Source: an uncultured Holophagales bacterium (GTDB lineage: Bacteria > Acidobacteriota > Thermoanaerobaculia > Multivoradales > UBA5704). Taken from it: 64,000 nt of DNA. The stretch lies in assembly GCA_963741305.1 (NCBI GenBank), contig CAVUHL010000003.1, forward strand, positions 1,434,260 through 1,498,259, given 5' to 3'. The position numbers and the translations under genes are program-made. Below are positions 22,447 to 30,917 of this stretch, one piece after another. The notes under the pieces were generated by a model. It was not told the DNA's origin. It saw only the letters and a program-made list of their open reading frames with translations, and searched no databases. The stretch's first letter is position 1; every line of letters begins with the position of its first letter.

Positions 22447-22964
22447 ACCCCAAGCGCTCGGCCGCCCTCGGCCTTCTACTTTTAACTCTTACCGGCTGCG
22501 GCTACGCCCTGGTGGGGCGGGCTAGCAGCAACGTCCCGGAGGACGTCCGCGAGGTCTACATCCGCCCGCTGGTGAACCAGACCCAGCGCACACAGGTGGA
22601 GCAGGCCCTGACCCGCGCCATCGCGGACGAGATGGTGACGCGCAACCGCTTCTCGGTAGTGGGAACTGCCGAAGGGGCGGACGCCGAGCTCTCCGGCACG
22701 GTGGTTGGCTTCGACGTCCGTCCGGTGACCTTCGATGCCTCCGGCCGCGCCACGCAGTACGAGATCGTGGTCCTGGCCCAGATCGCCTTCAAGCGCGTGG
22801 GCTCCGACGATGTGATCTGGAGCAACGACCGCTACGTCTTCCGCGAGAGCTACGAGGTCGAGGCCACCGAGACCGCCTACTTCGACCGTGAGGACACTGC
22901 CATCGAGGAAGCCGCGGAGAAGTTCGCGGAGACGATGGTGAGCGATCTGCTGGAGGGGTTCTAG
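22443..22964 (+). CDS. lptE: LPS-assembly lipoprotein LptE
   Basis: 173 aa lipoprotein (lipobox LTGC) directly after leuS with ATGA overlap, the conserved leuS-lptE arrangement. Confidence 0.7.
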   Translation: MNPKRSAALGLLLLTLTGCGYALVGRASSNVPEDVREVYIRPLVNQTQRTQVEQALTRAIADEMVTRNRFSVVGTAEGADAELSGTVVGFDVRPVTFDASGRATQYEIVVLAQIAFKRVGSDDVIWSNDRYVFRESYEVEATETAYFDREDTAIEEAAEKFAETMVSDLLEGF

Positions 22965-22972
22965 GGAGAGCC

Positions 22973-23150
22973 CCCCGCAGGGGGCGGCATGTAATAGCCC
23001 GGCACGTGAGTGCCGGGTTTGGGAGATCCAACGCAGTCCAGCCCCGTAGGGGCGGCATACCCGGCATGCCGCCCCTACGGGGCTGGACTCTGTTCCTGCG
23101 CAACGACCCGGCGCTCACGCGCCGGGCTATTTCATGTCGCCCCTGCGGGG
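22973..23150. repeat. compound nested palindrome containing a GTAGGGGCGGC REP-type element; probable bidirectional terminator region between convergent lptE and rpsT
   Basis: Outer 30-bp inverted repeat ccccgcagggggcggcatgtaatagcccggc / gccgggctatttcatgtcgcccctgcgggg; inner hairpins cccggcacgtgagtgccggg, cccggcgctcacgcgccggg; central perfect palindrome ccagccccgtaggggcggcatacccggcatgccgcccctacggggctgg. Confidence 0.8.
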
Positions 23151-23161
23151 CTTAAGACGGC

Positions 23162-23434
23162 TTACGCCGCCTGCTTCATCTCGGCGACGCGCTTGGCGAG
23201 GCGGGCCTTGTAGCGCGAGGCGGCGTTCCGGTGGATGATCTTCTTCTGGGCAATCTTGTCGATCACGCTGAAGGTCGTGGGCAGCAGGGCCTCTGCCGCC
23301 GAAGCGTCGCCACTGGACACGGCGATGCGGAGGTTCTTGATCGCGGTGCGGAGGCGCGAGCGGTGAGCCCGGTTGCGTGCCCGTTGCTGCAGGTTCTGAC
23401 GGTGCCGCTTCTCGGCAGACTTCGTGTTCGCCAT
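23162..23434 (-). CDS. rpsT: 30S ribosomal protein S20
   Basis: 90 aa, MANTKSAEKRHRQNLQQRARNRAHRSRLRTAIKN... is canonical S20. Confidence 0.9.
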   Translation of the reverse strand: MANTKSAEKRHRQNLQQRARNRAHRSRLRTAIKNLRIAVSSGDASAAEALLPTTFSVIDKIAQKKIIHRNAASRYKARLAKRVAEMKQAA

Positions 23435-23453
23435 AGTTCCTCGATGCTGTTCT

Positions 23454-23490
23454 GTTGAAAAAACGAAGTCGCACCGCGCAGAGGTGCGAC
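23454..23490 (-). terminator. intrinsic terminator of the tol-pal-cpoB operon
   Basis: Minus-strand hairpin gtcgcacctctgcgcggtgcgac followed by TTCGTTTTTTCAAC immediately after cpoB stop. Confidence 0.6.
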
Positions 23491-23511
23491 GGGAATTTAT
23501 ACCACCAGGGG

Positions 23512-24402
23512 CTAGGTCGCGTCAACTCCGATTTCGCGCAGGCGCTGGCGGGCCAGGTTCGCCTCGTCGCTCGTCGGGTACTGCCGGATCACGTGCCGGA
23601 GCTGGACCACGCCCTGGGAGCGCTCGCCCAGCTCGAGGTGGGCGTAGCCCTTCTTGAGCGTGGCCGCCGCCACCTTGTCGCTGCGCGGGTAGCGCTTCAG
23701 CACCGCGTCGAACTGGTCGACCGCCTGCCGGAACCGCCGTTGGCGGTAGTAGCACTCGCCGATCCAGTACGTCGCGTTGTCGGCCAGGTCGGTCGCCGGG
23801 AAGTTGTCCAGGTACTCCTGGAACTCCCGCAGAGCGATGTCGTAGCTGCCCTTCAGGTAGTCGTTGTAGGCGGAGTTGTAGAGCGTCTGGGGATCGGCCC
23901 CGGAGCCGGCGCCGGGGTTCTGCTGCTGCTGCGGCGGCGTCTGGGCCGGCGGCTGCGGATCCCCTCCAACCCCGCCGGTCCCTTCAGGGACGGTGGCCGG
24001 CGGCAGCGATGGCATCGAACGGAACGTCTTCAGCTCCTGGTTCGTGGCCGCGATCTGCTGGGAGAGCTGCGCCAGGCGGTAGTTCGTGTCCTCGAGCTTC
24101 GCCTGGAGCTCGTCGATCTGGCTCGACAGGTCCTGCAGCTTGACCTGCATGTCGGCCTCGGTCTTGAGGAGGGACTCCATCTGCCGGCCCATGTTGCTAC
24201 CCAGGGTCGTCATCTGGCTGGAGACTTCCTCCTTGCTCGGGGCCTGTTTCTGGATCTGCAGGACCTGGCGCTGGATGTCGGCGAGCTGCGTGTTCAGCCC
24301 CTCGATGTCCTGCGGGGTGACGCACCCCGTGACGAGTATCGCCACGGGGGCCACGAGGCAAACGGCGAAGGAGAGGGTGCGGCGCAGCATGTTCCGGCTC
24401 AA
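23512..24402 (-). CDS. cpoB: Tol-Pal system protein CpoB/YbgF (coiled-coil plus TPR)
   Basis: 296 aa; lipoprotein-like signal, long Q-rich coiled coil, C-terminal TPR (YNDYLKGSYDIALREFQEYL...); position after pal. Confidence 0.8.
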   Translation of the reverse strand: MSRNMLRRTLSFAVCLVAPVAILVTGCVTPQDIEGLNTQLADIQRQVLQIQKQAPSKEEVSSQMTTLGSNMGRQMESLLKTEADMQVKLQDLSSQIDELQAKLEDTNYRLAQLSQQIAATNQELKTFRSMPSLPPATVPEGTGGVGGDPQPPAQTPPQQQQNPGAGSGADPQTLYNSAYNDYLKGSYDIALREFQEYLDNFPATDLADNATYWIGECYYRQRRFRQAVDQFDAVLKRYPRSDKVAAATLKKGYAHLELGERSQGVVQLRHVIRQYPTSDEANLARQRLREIGVDAT

Positions 24403-24992
24403 CCGACGTTGGCCCGTCCGGTGATGATCATGTGGGCGCGGCGGTTCTGCGACCAGCAGCTATCCGCGGACTCGGTGCAGACCGGGCGCTCCTCGCCGTA
24501 GGTGATGATGCGCAGGCGGCCGCTGTCGACACCCAGGGAACCCAGGTAGTCGCGGACCGCATTGGCGCGCCGGTCGCCCAGGGCCAGGTTGTACTCATTG
24601 GTGCCGCGCTCGTCGGCGTGGCCTTCGATCGTCACCTGGAACGTGGTCTGCGCCTTGAGCAGCTCGGCATTGCGGGCCAGCCGCTCGCGGGTCTCGTCCG
24701 AGAGCGAGATCTCGTCATACTCGAAGAACACGTCCGGGCTGAATCCGCGGCGCCGCAGCTCGTCGTTCACGACCTGCAGGTCGGCGGACAGCATCGGGTC
24801 CTCGGTCTCGTCCTCGGTCGCCGCCGCCGGGGTCTGCACGACCTCCTCGACGATCGTGGTCGGCGGCGGCTGCACGACTTCGGTCTCGACCGGAAGGTCG
24901 GTCGGCGGCGTTGCCGGCTTCTTCTTCGGGCAACCGGTCAGGAACGTCACCAGAAACGGGACCACCATCCATATCATCAGCTTGCGGTTCAT
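24399..24992 (-). CDS. pal: peptidoglycan-associated lipoprotein Pal (OmpA-family)
   Basis: Lipobox LTGC, OmpA C-terminal domain (TIEGHADERGTNEYNLALGDRRANAVRDYL); RBS GGAGAGG upstream of ATG at 24992. Confidence 0.85.
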   Translation of the reverse strand: MNRKLMIWMVVPFLVTFLTGCPKKKPATPPTDLPVETEVVQPPPTTIVEEVVQTPAAATEDETEDPMLSADLQVVNDELRRRGFSPDVFFEYDEISLSDETRERLARNAELLKAQTTFQVTIEGHADERGTNEYNLALGDRRANAVRDYLGSLGVDSGRLRIITYGEERPVCTESADSCWSQNRRAHMIITGRANVG

Positions 24993-25044
24993 GCTCTTCC
25001 TCTCCATGTCAAAACAACGGGACCTCTCGGGGTTTTTCACTTTA

Positions 25045-26406
25045 TCACGGCTCAACCGGGATTCTCGACCAGTCGGGCATGTCGTTGTTGCCTTCCTGGG
25101 TTACCTGCTGCACGTTTCCGCCTGTGACGTCCATGACATAGATCTGTTTGCGCCCGCTGCGGCGCGAGACGAAAGCGATCTTTCGCGCATCCGGCGAGAA
25201 GGTCGGCGCCTCGTTGTCACCCGGCCCGGAGGTCAGCACCCGGGTGGCCAGGGTAACCACGTTGGTGACGGCGATCTGGAAGCGTCCGCCGCGCCGGCTG
25301 CTGTAGACGACCAGGTCCCCCTCGGGGCTCCAGGACGCGCCGTCGTTGTAATCCCCGTCGAAGGTCAGGCGCCGCTGGTCCGTCCCCTCGGGGTCCATGA
25401 CATAGATGTGCGGGTTGCCCCCCCGGCCCGAGGTAAAGGCGATCTGGCTGCCGCGCGGGCTCCAGGCCGGGTTCGTGTCGATCGCGTTCGAGTGGGTCAA
25501 CCGCCGCATGCCCTTACCGCTCCGGTCGGTGCTGAAGATCTCCACGTTCCCCTCCACCGAGCGGGCGAAGGCCACGCGGCCGCCATCCGGCGAAAAGCTG
25601 GGGGTGGTGTTCATCGAGCCGGAGGTCACCACGGGCTGCTTGCGGTTCGTGGCCATGTCGGCCACGTAGATCGAGGGTGGGCCGTTGAAGAAAGAGGTGT
25701 AGGCCAGGGCGTCGCCGCTCGGGCTCCAGGCCGGGGACATGGAGGTCGAACGGTGGCCGGTGATCCGGCGCTGGTTCTGGCCGTCGTAGTCCATGACCCA
25801 GATCTCCTTGTGGCCGGAGCGGTCGCTGGTGAAGGCGATGCTCGACAGCGAGATCCCGGGCCTGCCGACCAGGTAGCGGATGACCTCGTCGGCGAAGGTA
25901 TGTCCGATGCGGCGCGACACGGTGACGCTGCCTCGGTAACGCTTGGCCAGGATCGGCTGGGCGCTGGCGATGTCGAACAGCCGGCCCTCGAAGACGATCC
26001 TGTCCCCCTCGGCGCGGATGTCGCCGAGGAGAAGGGTCTCGGCGCCCAGGGCGCGGAACGGCTCGACGTCGCGCTGCATGTCGCCGCTCCACTTGACCGC
26101 GCCGATCCGGTCAGGGCCGATGATCTCGAAGTAGCCCGAGTTCTCCAGGTCCCGGCGCACGGTCTGCTCCATCTCGCGGGCCGCGGTGGCCGCCGGGCCG
26201 GAGAGGGTCTGGGTGCCGCGGAAAGGCGGCATCGCCAGCTTCATGGGCGGCCGCTGGCCCCGGTTCAGCTCCAGGGTGACCTCGGGGGCCTGCTCAGGCG
26301 GGTTACCGGTAGGAGGAGGCTCCTGGGCGAAGATCCGCGGCAGGGAGAGGCCTGCCACGAAGAGGACGGCGGAGGCGGTCAGGGCCAGGGCTTTCGATTT
26401 CATCAT
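25045..26406 (-). CDS. tolB: Tol-Pal system beta-propeller protein TolB
   Basis: 453 aa; signal peptide, TolB N-domain then repeated ...SPDG..IAF.S.R.G...IY.M propeller blades. Confidence 0.9.
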   Translation of the reverse strand: MMKSKALALTASAVLFVAGLSLPRIFAQEPPPTGNPPEQAPEVTLELNRGQRPPMKLAMPPFRGTQTLSGPAATAAREMEQTVRRDLENSGYFEIIGPDRIGAVKWSGDMQRDVEPFRALGAETLLLGDIRAEGDRIVFEGRLFDIASAQPILAKRYRGSVTVSRRIGHTFADEVIRYLVGRPGISLSSIAFTSDRSGHKEIWVMDYDGQNQRRITGHRSTSMSPAWSPSGDALAYTSFFNGPPSIYVADMATNRKQPVVTSGSMNTTPSFSPDGGRVAFARSVEGNVEIFSTDRSGKGMRRLTHSNAIDTNPAWSPRGSQIAFTSGRGGNPHIYVMDPEGTDQRRLTFDGDYNDGASWSPEGDLVVYSSRRGGRFQIAVTNVVTLATRVLTSGPGDNEAPTFSPDARKIAFVSRRSGRKQIYVMDVTGGNVQQVTQEGNNDMPDWSRIPVEP

Positions 26407-26428
26407 TCCCCTAGAGTCATCGGATGGT

Positions 26429-27283
26429 TTAGCGGACGATCAGGTGTACGCCGAGGTCCTCGTTCTTGTAGGCCCTCGGCAGAGGAGGAAACGGAGCGGC
26501 GTTCTGCACGGCGCGGAGGGCTGCGAGGTCGAACGAATTGTACCCGGAAGACTGCTCGACGGTCAGGTCGGTCATGGCGCCGTCGCGGCTGATACGGAAG
26601 AAGACCACCGCCTTGACGCCGCTGCCCATGGACGGGCGCGTCCACTGGGCGTCGATGAGCGACAGCATCCGGTCCAGGTAGTAGGCGTAGGTGAAGTCCG
26701 GGTTGTCGAGGCCGCCCACCTCGGAGCCGAAGGCGGTGGTGCCGAGCGGGTTGCCCTGGGGACCGCCCCGCCGGCCGAGCTGGTCGCCCGTCTCTCCCGG
26801 AGCGGTGCCGGAGGTTCCTTCCTCGGTCTTTCCCGATCCTGCGCGCGAAGTCGCCCCCTTGTCCGGGGTCGGGCTGGACGCTTCAGGAGGCTTGGGCGTC
26901 GGCTTGACCGGCTCCGGCTTCTTTTTCTTGTCGCTTTCCGGATCTGGGAGGCTGGGCACGTCGTCCGCGGGCTCCGGCTTCGGGGGAGCGGCTTCCGGTT
27001 CGGGCGGTGTCTCAGGGGTGGGCGCCGGGGTCTCGGCCGCGGGCGCGGGGGGTGTCTTGCGCCGCGGCGGAGCGGGGCGGCGGACGCCCAGCGCCTGGGC
27101 CGGGATGATCTGCACCGGCACGAACTCCAACGGCGGCGGGGGGGTCTTGAGGCGCGGCGCCAGCAGGACGACCGCGAGCAGAAGCCCGTGCAGCGCCAGG
27201 GCGGCCAGGAAGCTGCGCGCCGCGGCGTTGCGCCCAAATTGCCTGGAGCGGTCGGCCAGGACTCCGTTCACCTCGCGGCTCAC
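26429..27283 (-). CDS. tolA: TolA (TonB-family C-terminal domain) protein
   Basis: N-terminal TM anchor, Pro/Lys/Glu-rich linker, TonB_C-like C-terminal domain; located between tolR and tolB. Confidence 0.65.
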   Translation of the reverse strand: MSREVNGVLADRSRQFGRNAAARSFLAALALHGLLLAVVLLAPRLKTPPPPLEFVPVQIIPAQALGVRRPAPPRRKTPPAPAAETPAPTPETPPEPEAAPPKPEPADDVPSLPDPESDKKKKPEPVKPTPKPPEASSPTPDKGATSRAGSGKTEEGTSGTAPGETGDQLGRRGGPQGNPLGTTAFGSEVGGLDNPDFTYAYYLDRMLSLIDAQWTRPSMGSGVKAVVFFRISRDGAMTDLTVEQSSGYNSFDLAALRAVQNAAPFPPLPRAYKNEDLGVHLIVR

Positions 27284-27284
27284 G

Positions 27285-27719
27285 TCAGCTCCGTCCCTCC
27301 TGAGGAGGCCGCTCGGTGATCATCCCCACGCGGACGATCCCGCCGCGGTGGAGGATGTCGAGCACCTCGATGATCTTGCCGTACGGCACTTCTCGGTCCC
27401 CTTTGAGGAAGACGCTCTCGTCCCCCCGGCTCTTGATCTGGTCGCTGACCCGCTCCACGAGGTCCTCGGTCGCGACCCGGCTCTCCTGGAGATAGACGTT
27501 GCCATCCCGGTCAATGGAAACCACGAGCGGATCCTCGACCCGCATCGGCAGGTTCGTGGCATCGGCGCGGGGGAGGGCGACCTCGACCCCCTGGTGGAGC
27601 ATGGGCGCCGCGATCATGAAGATGATGAGGAGCACCAGCATCACGTCCACCAGGGGCGTGACGTTGATGTCCGCCAGCACCGGATCGTCGTCATCTCCTC
27701 CGCCTATATTGAAGGCCAT
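27285..27719 (-). CDS. tolR: TolR (ExbD/TolR family)
   Basis: 144 aa; INVTPLVDVMLVLLIIFM motif typical of ExbD/TolR. Confidence 0.85.
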   Translation of the reverse strand: MAFNIGGGDDDDPVLADINVTPLVDVMLVLLIIFMIAAPMLHQGVEVALPRADATNLPMRVEDPLVVSIDRDGNVYLQESRVATEDLVERVSDQIKSRGDESVFLKGDREVPYGKIIEVLDILHRGGIVRVGMITERPPQEGRS

Positions 27720-27728
27720 ACCATCCTC

Positions 27729-28445
27729 CTAGGTGAAGTTCCGCTCGGCCAGGTTGAGGAACTCCAGGATGAAGTCCTCCAGCCGTCCGCGGAGCACGCG
27801 CACCCGGTGCGAGAAGTAGTTGTAGCCGATCAGGGCGGGGATGGCGGCGGCCAGTCCCGCGGCGGTGTTGATGAGCGCCTCGGAGATGCCGGGGGCCACG
27901 GCCACAATGGAGGTCGAGCCGGTGAGGCCGATGTCGCCGAAGGCGCCCATGATGCCCCAGACCGTGCCGAAGAGGCCGATGAACGGGGTCGCGGCGGCGG
28001 TGGTGGCGAGGAACGTGGTCCAGGCGGCGATGTTCTGCAGCTCCACATGGGCGGAGCGGCCGAGGGTGCGCTGCAGCGCCGGAATTGAGGTAATGCGGTA
28101 GACCTTGCGGTCGCCCTCGGGAGCCTGGGCCTTGATCTGGCTGTCGATCTCGGCGTAGCCGGCCTGGAAGATGCCCACCAGGGGAGAGGCCCGGAGCTTG
28201 CCCGCCTGGGCGTTGACCTCGCTGAAGCGCTGGCTGCGGTGGAAGGCCTCCAGGAACTTCTCGCTCTGCTGGTCGGCGCGGCGGAGCTGGACAAGCTTGC
28301 CGATCATGACGGCCCAGGAGCCGAGGGAAAAGAAGACCAGGATGGCGAGGATGACCTTCGCCATGGGCCCGGCATCCCAGAAGCGGTCGAGCAGGCTCTG
28401 GCCCTGCTCGGGGCCGAGCTGAAACATGAATGCAATCAAACCCAT
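27729..28445 (-). CDS. tolQ: TolQ (MotA/TolQ/ExbB proton channel)
   Basis: 3-TM protein with conserved ExbB/TolQ C-terminal helices (TVWGIMGAF...LINTAAGL); alternative start 28472. Confidence 0.85.
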   Translation of the reverse strand: MGLIAFMFQLGPEQGQSLLDRFWDAGPMAKVILAILVFFSLGSWAVMIGKLVQLRRADQQSEKFLEAFHRSQRFSEVNAQAGKLRASPLVGIFQAGYAEIDSQIKAQAPEGDRKVYRITSIPALQRTLGRSAHVELQNIAAWTTFLATTAAATPFIGLFGTVWGIMGAFGDIGLTGSTSIVAVAPGISEALINTAAGLAAAIPALIGYNYFSHRVRVLRGRLEDFILEFLNLAERNFT

Positions 28446-28458
28446 CACTCTCTCTTCC

Positions 28459-29295
28459 TTATACGGAGCCAAGCGGCTGATTGTCCACCGCCGCCGGCTC
28501 TTCGGCGACCGGGGGCAGGATGACTTTGTGGCGGCGGAGGAAATCGTCCCGCGCGGCCTCGACGACCGCGAGGGCCTCGTCCAGGGTATCCACCCAGACA
28601 GCCGCGTCGATGTCCGCGGGGGAGGCGTAGCCTCGGGCGATGATCTCGTGCTCGATGAAGCTGCGCAGGCCGCGCCACATGGGGCCGACGAAGATCAGGG
28701 GCCGGTCCTTGAGCATCTTGACCTGGAGGAGCTGGAACACCATCAGGGCTTCCAGGGTGGTGCCGATGCCGCCGTCCACGACGAGATAGGCATGGGAGAG
28801 CCGGATGAACTGGTGGAGCCGGGAGAAGAACGTGCTGTGCTGGGCGACCTCGTCCAGGAACGGGTTGGGTTGCTCCTCCATGGGGAGGAGGATGGTGAGG
28901 CCGAACGACCGCGTCTTGTAGCGGTAGGCGCCGGCGCGGGCCCCTTCGTTGGCGGCGCGCATGAGCCCGGGCCCGCCGCCGGTCACGATGTCGCACCCCA
29001 TGTAGGACAGGCGCCGGGCTAGCTCCTTGACCTCGCCGTACATGGCGTCGCTCTCCTGCAGGCGGGCGGACCCGAAGATGGCCACCCGGAAGTACCGGCG
29101 TTCCATGGGGGCCCTGCGGTCGAGCCAGTTGATGATCCTGTAGGCCGCGAGGATGCTGCGGTCGAACGCGCGCAGGGCATAGGTCCGGCCTTTGCGGCGC
29201 CACCTCTGGGCCGGGGTTTCGCCCTGGGGGGCGGCCGGCTGGGGGTAGGCGAGAGGACGGCGCTGAGGCGGAGTTTTGGGGGTCGGCGGCATCAC
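28459..29295 (-). CDS. LOG-family protein (cytokinin riboside 5'-monophosphate phosphoribohydrolase-like, TIGR00730)
   Basis: Motifs VAIFGSARL, IVTGGGPGLM, GGIGTTLEAL typical of LOG/YvdD; GC3-rich N-terminal extension suggests the long start, alternative ATG at 29106. Confidence 0.7.
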   Translation of the reverse strand: MMPPTPKTPPQRRPLAYPQPAAPQGETPAQRWRRKGRTYALRAFDRSILAAYRIINWLDRRAPMERRYFRVAIFGSARLQESDAMYGEVKELARRLSYMGCDIVTGGGPGLMRAANEGARAGAYRYKTRSFGLTILLPMEEQPNPFLDEVAQHSTFFSRLHQFIRLSHAYLVVDGGIGTTLEALMVFQLLQVKMLKDRPLIFVGPMWRGLRSFIEHEIIARGYASPADIDAAVWVDTLDEALAVVEAARDDFLRRHKVILPPVAEEPAAVDNQPLGSV

Positions 29296-29312
29296 GTTGT
29301 AAATCGAGGCGC

Positions 29313-29594
29313 TCAGCGCGAGGGAATCCAGATCTTCTGCGCCGCCACGATTTCGGCGCCTTCGGGGAGGGTCAGGGGCTTGGGGGAGTTGGTGAAAAAG
29401 CCGATCCCCTTGTAGCTGGTGAGGTAGTCGTGCCCGCCGGACAGGTATCCACCGAGGGCGGAGATCACCAGGGGATCCGTGCTCCGTCCCAGGATCTTGA
29501 GGAAGTCGTCCGGCTCCACCCGCACGATCGTACCCGAAGCCTTGATGGCCTGGACAACCTGCTCTGCCACAACCGCCGCCCCTTCTGGACCCAT
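29313..29594 (-). CDS. small conserved hypothetical protein (93 aa)
   Basis: Clean ORF with high GC3, occupying the slot upstream of tolQ where ybgC usually lies; no family recognised. Confidence 0.4.
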   Translation of the reverse strand: MGPEGAAVVAEQVVQAIKASGTIVRVEPDDFLKILGRSTDPLVISALGGYLSGGHDYLTSYKGIGFFTNSPKPLTLPEGAEIVAAQKIWIPSR

Positions 29595-29718
29595 CGCCCC
29601 ATTCTCCTTTTCAGCCGCGCCCCGACACCGGGCCGTCCCGGGTATCTTATTGGATTTGTTGGATGAGTGCAGGTGGGCGGTGTCCTGCTAGACTATGCGG
29701 CATAGGAGCTCCGCCATC

Positions 29719-30141
29719 ATGGTGACCCGAAAAGTCGAGCTGACCGAAGAACAGAACGAGACGCTCGAGCAGATCGCTGCCTCTCAGGGCCGGTCCGTCG
29801 CGGACCTGATCCGGACCGGCGTGGACGTGCTGCTCAAGGACGTGACCAGGAGCGGCTCCGGGCGGGCACGAAGCCTTTCCCAGAGAGAGTCCGAGCTCCT
29901 GCTCGGCATCAACCGGGGTCTGCCCGGCGACCAGGAGGAGAGATACCGGGAGCTCATGACCCGGCGCCGGACCGGCAGCCTGGCTGCCGAGGAACACCAG
30001 GAGCTTCTACGGCTGACTGACGAAGCGGAGCGGTTGCAGGCCGAGCGCATCGAACGTCTTGCCGAGCTTGCGCGCCTCCGGGCCAAGCCGCTCGTCGCCT
30101 TGATGGAGGAGTTGGGGGTCCAACCCTCTCCGAATGCCTGA
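29719..30141 (+). CDS. ribbon-helix-helix-like small protein (possible antitoxin/transcription regulator)
   Basis: N-terminus VELTEEQNETLEQIAASQGRSVADLIRTGV fits RHH beta-strand/helix pattern; coiled C-terminus; no partner toxin adjacent. Confidence 0.4.
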   Translation: MVTRKVELTEEQNETLEQIAASQGRSVADLIRTGVDVLLKDVTRSGSGRARSLSQRESELLLGINRGLPGDQEERYRELMTRRRTGSLAAEEHQELLRLTDEAERLQAERIERLAELARLRAKPLVALMEELGVQPSPNA

Positions 30142-30301
30142 GGGCCGCCCCGGGAGCGAGCAGAGGGAGGCGGTCCGGCTGAACCGGCCCGGGCTCGTCA
30201 ACCTCCGTCGGGCTCTTGTCCGATGCGGCGAGCACCCGCCCCGGGAGCTTGCCGCCCCGGGCTAGTACCTCGTCAGAGTCCGAGTGACGGATAGCGTTCA
30301 T

Positions 30302-30359
30302 GTAGGGGCGGCCCTTGTGGCCGCCCTCCGGAAGGGCACCCACAAGGGGCGCCCCTACA
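30302..30359. repeat. REP-type palindrome (GTAGGGGCGGC family)
   Basis: gtaggggcggcccttgtggccgccc ... ccacaaggggcgcccctac, near-perfect inverted repeat beginning with GTAG. Confidence 0.7.
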
Positions 30360-30404
30360 GAGGGACGATCCATCTTTTCCGGCGTGACAGGGTACTAGGG
30401 TGCG

Positions 30405-30680
30405 CATGGCGCTCCCCGGCGTGCGCACGCCGTTTTCGTCGGGGAGAAGACGCCCCCCTGCGTTGACGACGCGCTCCCCGATGTCCGCATGCAGCCAACG
30501 CAGGGGAGAGAGGCTTTCCCCCACGCCTACGGCGCGCTCCCTGACGTCCGCGGGCCGCCAACACTGGGGAGAGGCTCCTCCCCGCGAGGGAGAACACCGC
30601 TCCCGTACGTGTGCAAGCCGCCAGCTCGGGGGCTGGCGCGCTCCCCGACGTGCCCGAGCTGCCCGCCTGGGCCTCTCACC
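30405..30680. repeat. tandem degenerate repeats (about 60-100 bp units, four copies) sharing GCGCTCCCYGAYGTSCGC
   Basis: Units begin at about 30405, 30470, 30533, 30636 with shared gcgctccccgatgtccgc / gcgctccctgacgtccgc / gcgctccccgacgtgccc and ggggagag segments. Confidence 0.6.
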
Positions 30681-30865
30681 CAACCCGCGGGTAGAACGTT
30701 GCAACCCGGCTCCGGAATGTTTCAACCGGCGGGTTGAACGTTGTAACCCGCCGGTTGGCCGTCCCAACCCGCGGGTTGAATCATTCCAGCCGGCTCCCGA
30801 ATGATTCCGGAACGTTCGCGAATGATTCCACCCGGCGGTTTGCCTCCTCAACCCGCGGGGGGAAT
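30680..30865. promoter_or_regulatory. array of at least five AACCCGCGGGTT-like palindromes upstream of the EamA/GNAT-aminotransferase operon
   Basis: caacccgcgggtagaacgttgcaacccgg, caaccggcgggttgaacgttgtaacccgccggttgg, caacccgcgggttgaatcattcc, cacccggcggtttg, caacccgcggggggaatgttgcc; spacing about 28-45 bp. Confidence 0.4.
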
Positions 30866-30917
30866 GTTGCCGGTCCCGGGTTTGGCGTCCCGCGGACACG
30901 GTAGAATGCTTCCCCGG

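Noticed and set aside
23455-26592. Plus-strand ORFs 23455-24501 (348 aa), 24432-25127, 24562-26592 (676 aa) across the tol-pal genes
   Set aside because: Antisense to well-defined cpoB/pal/tolB; low-complexity translations.
26691-28088. 465-aa plus-strand ORF and 26572-27237 minus alternative frame over tolA/tolR/tolQ
   Set aside because: Overlap canonical Tol genes; Gly/Ser/Arg-rich artefacts.
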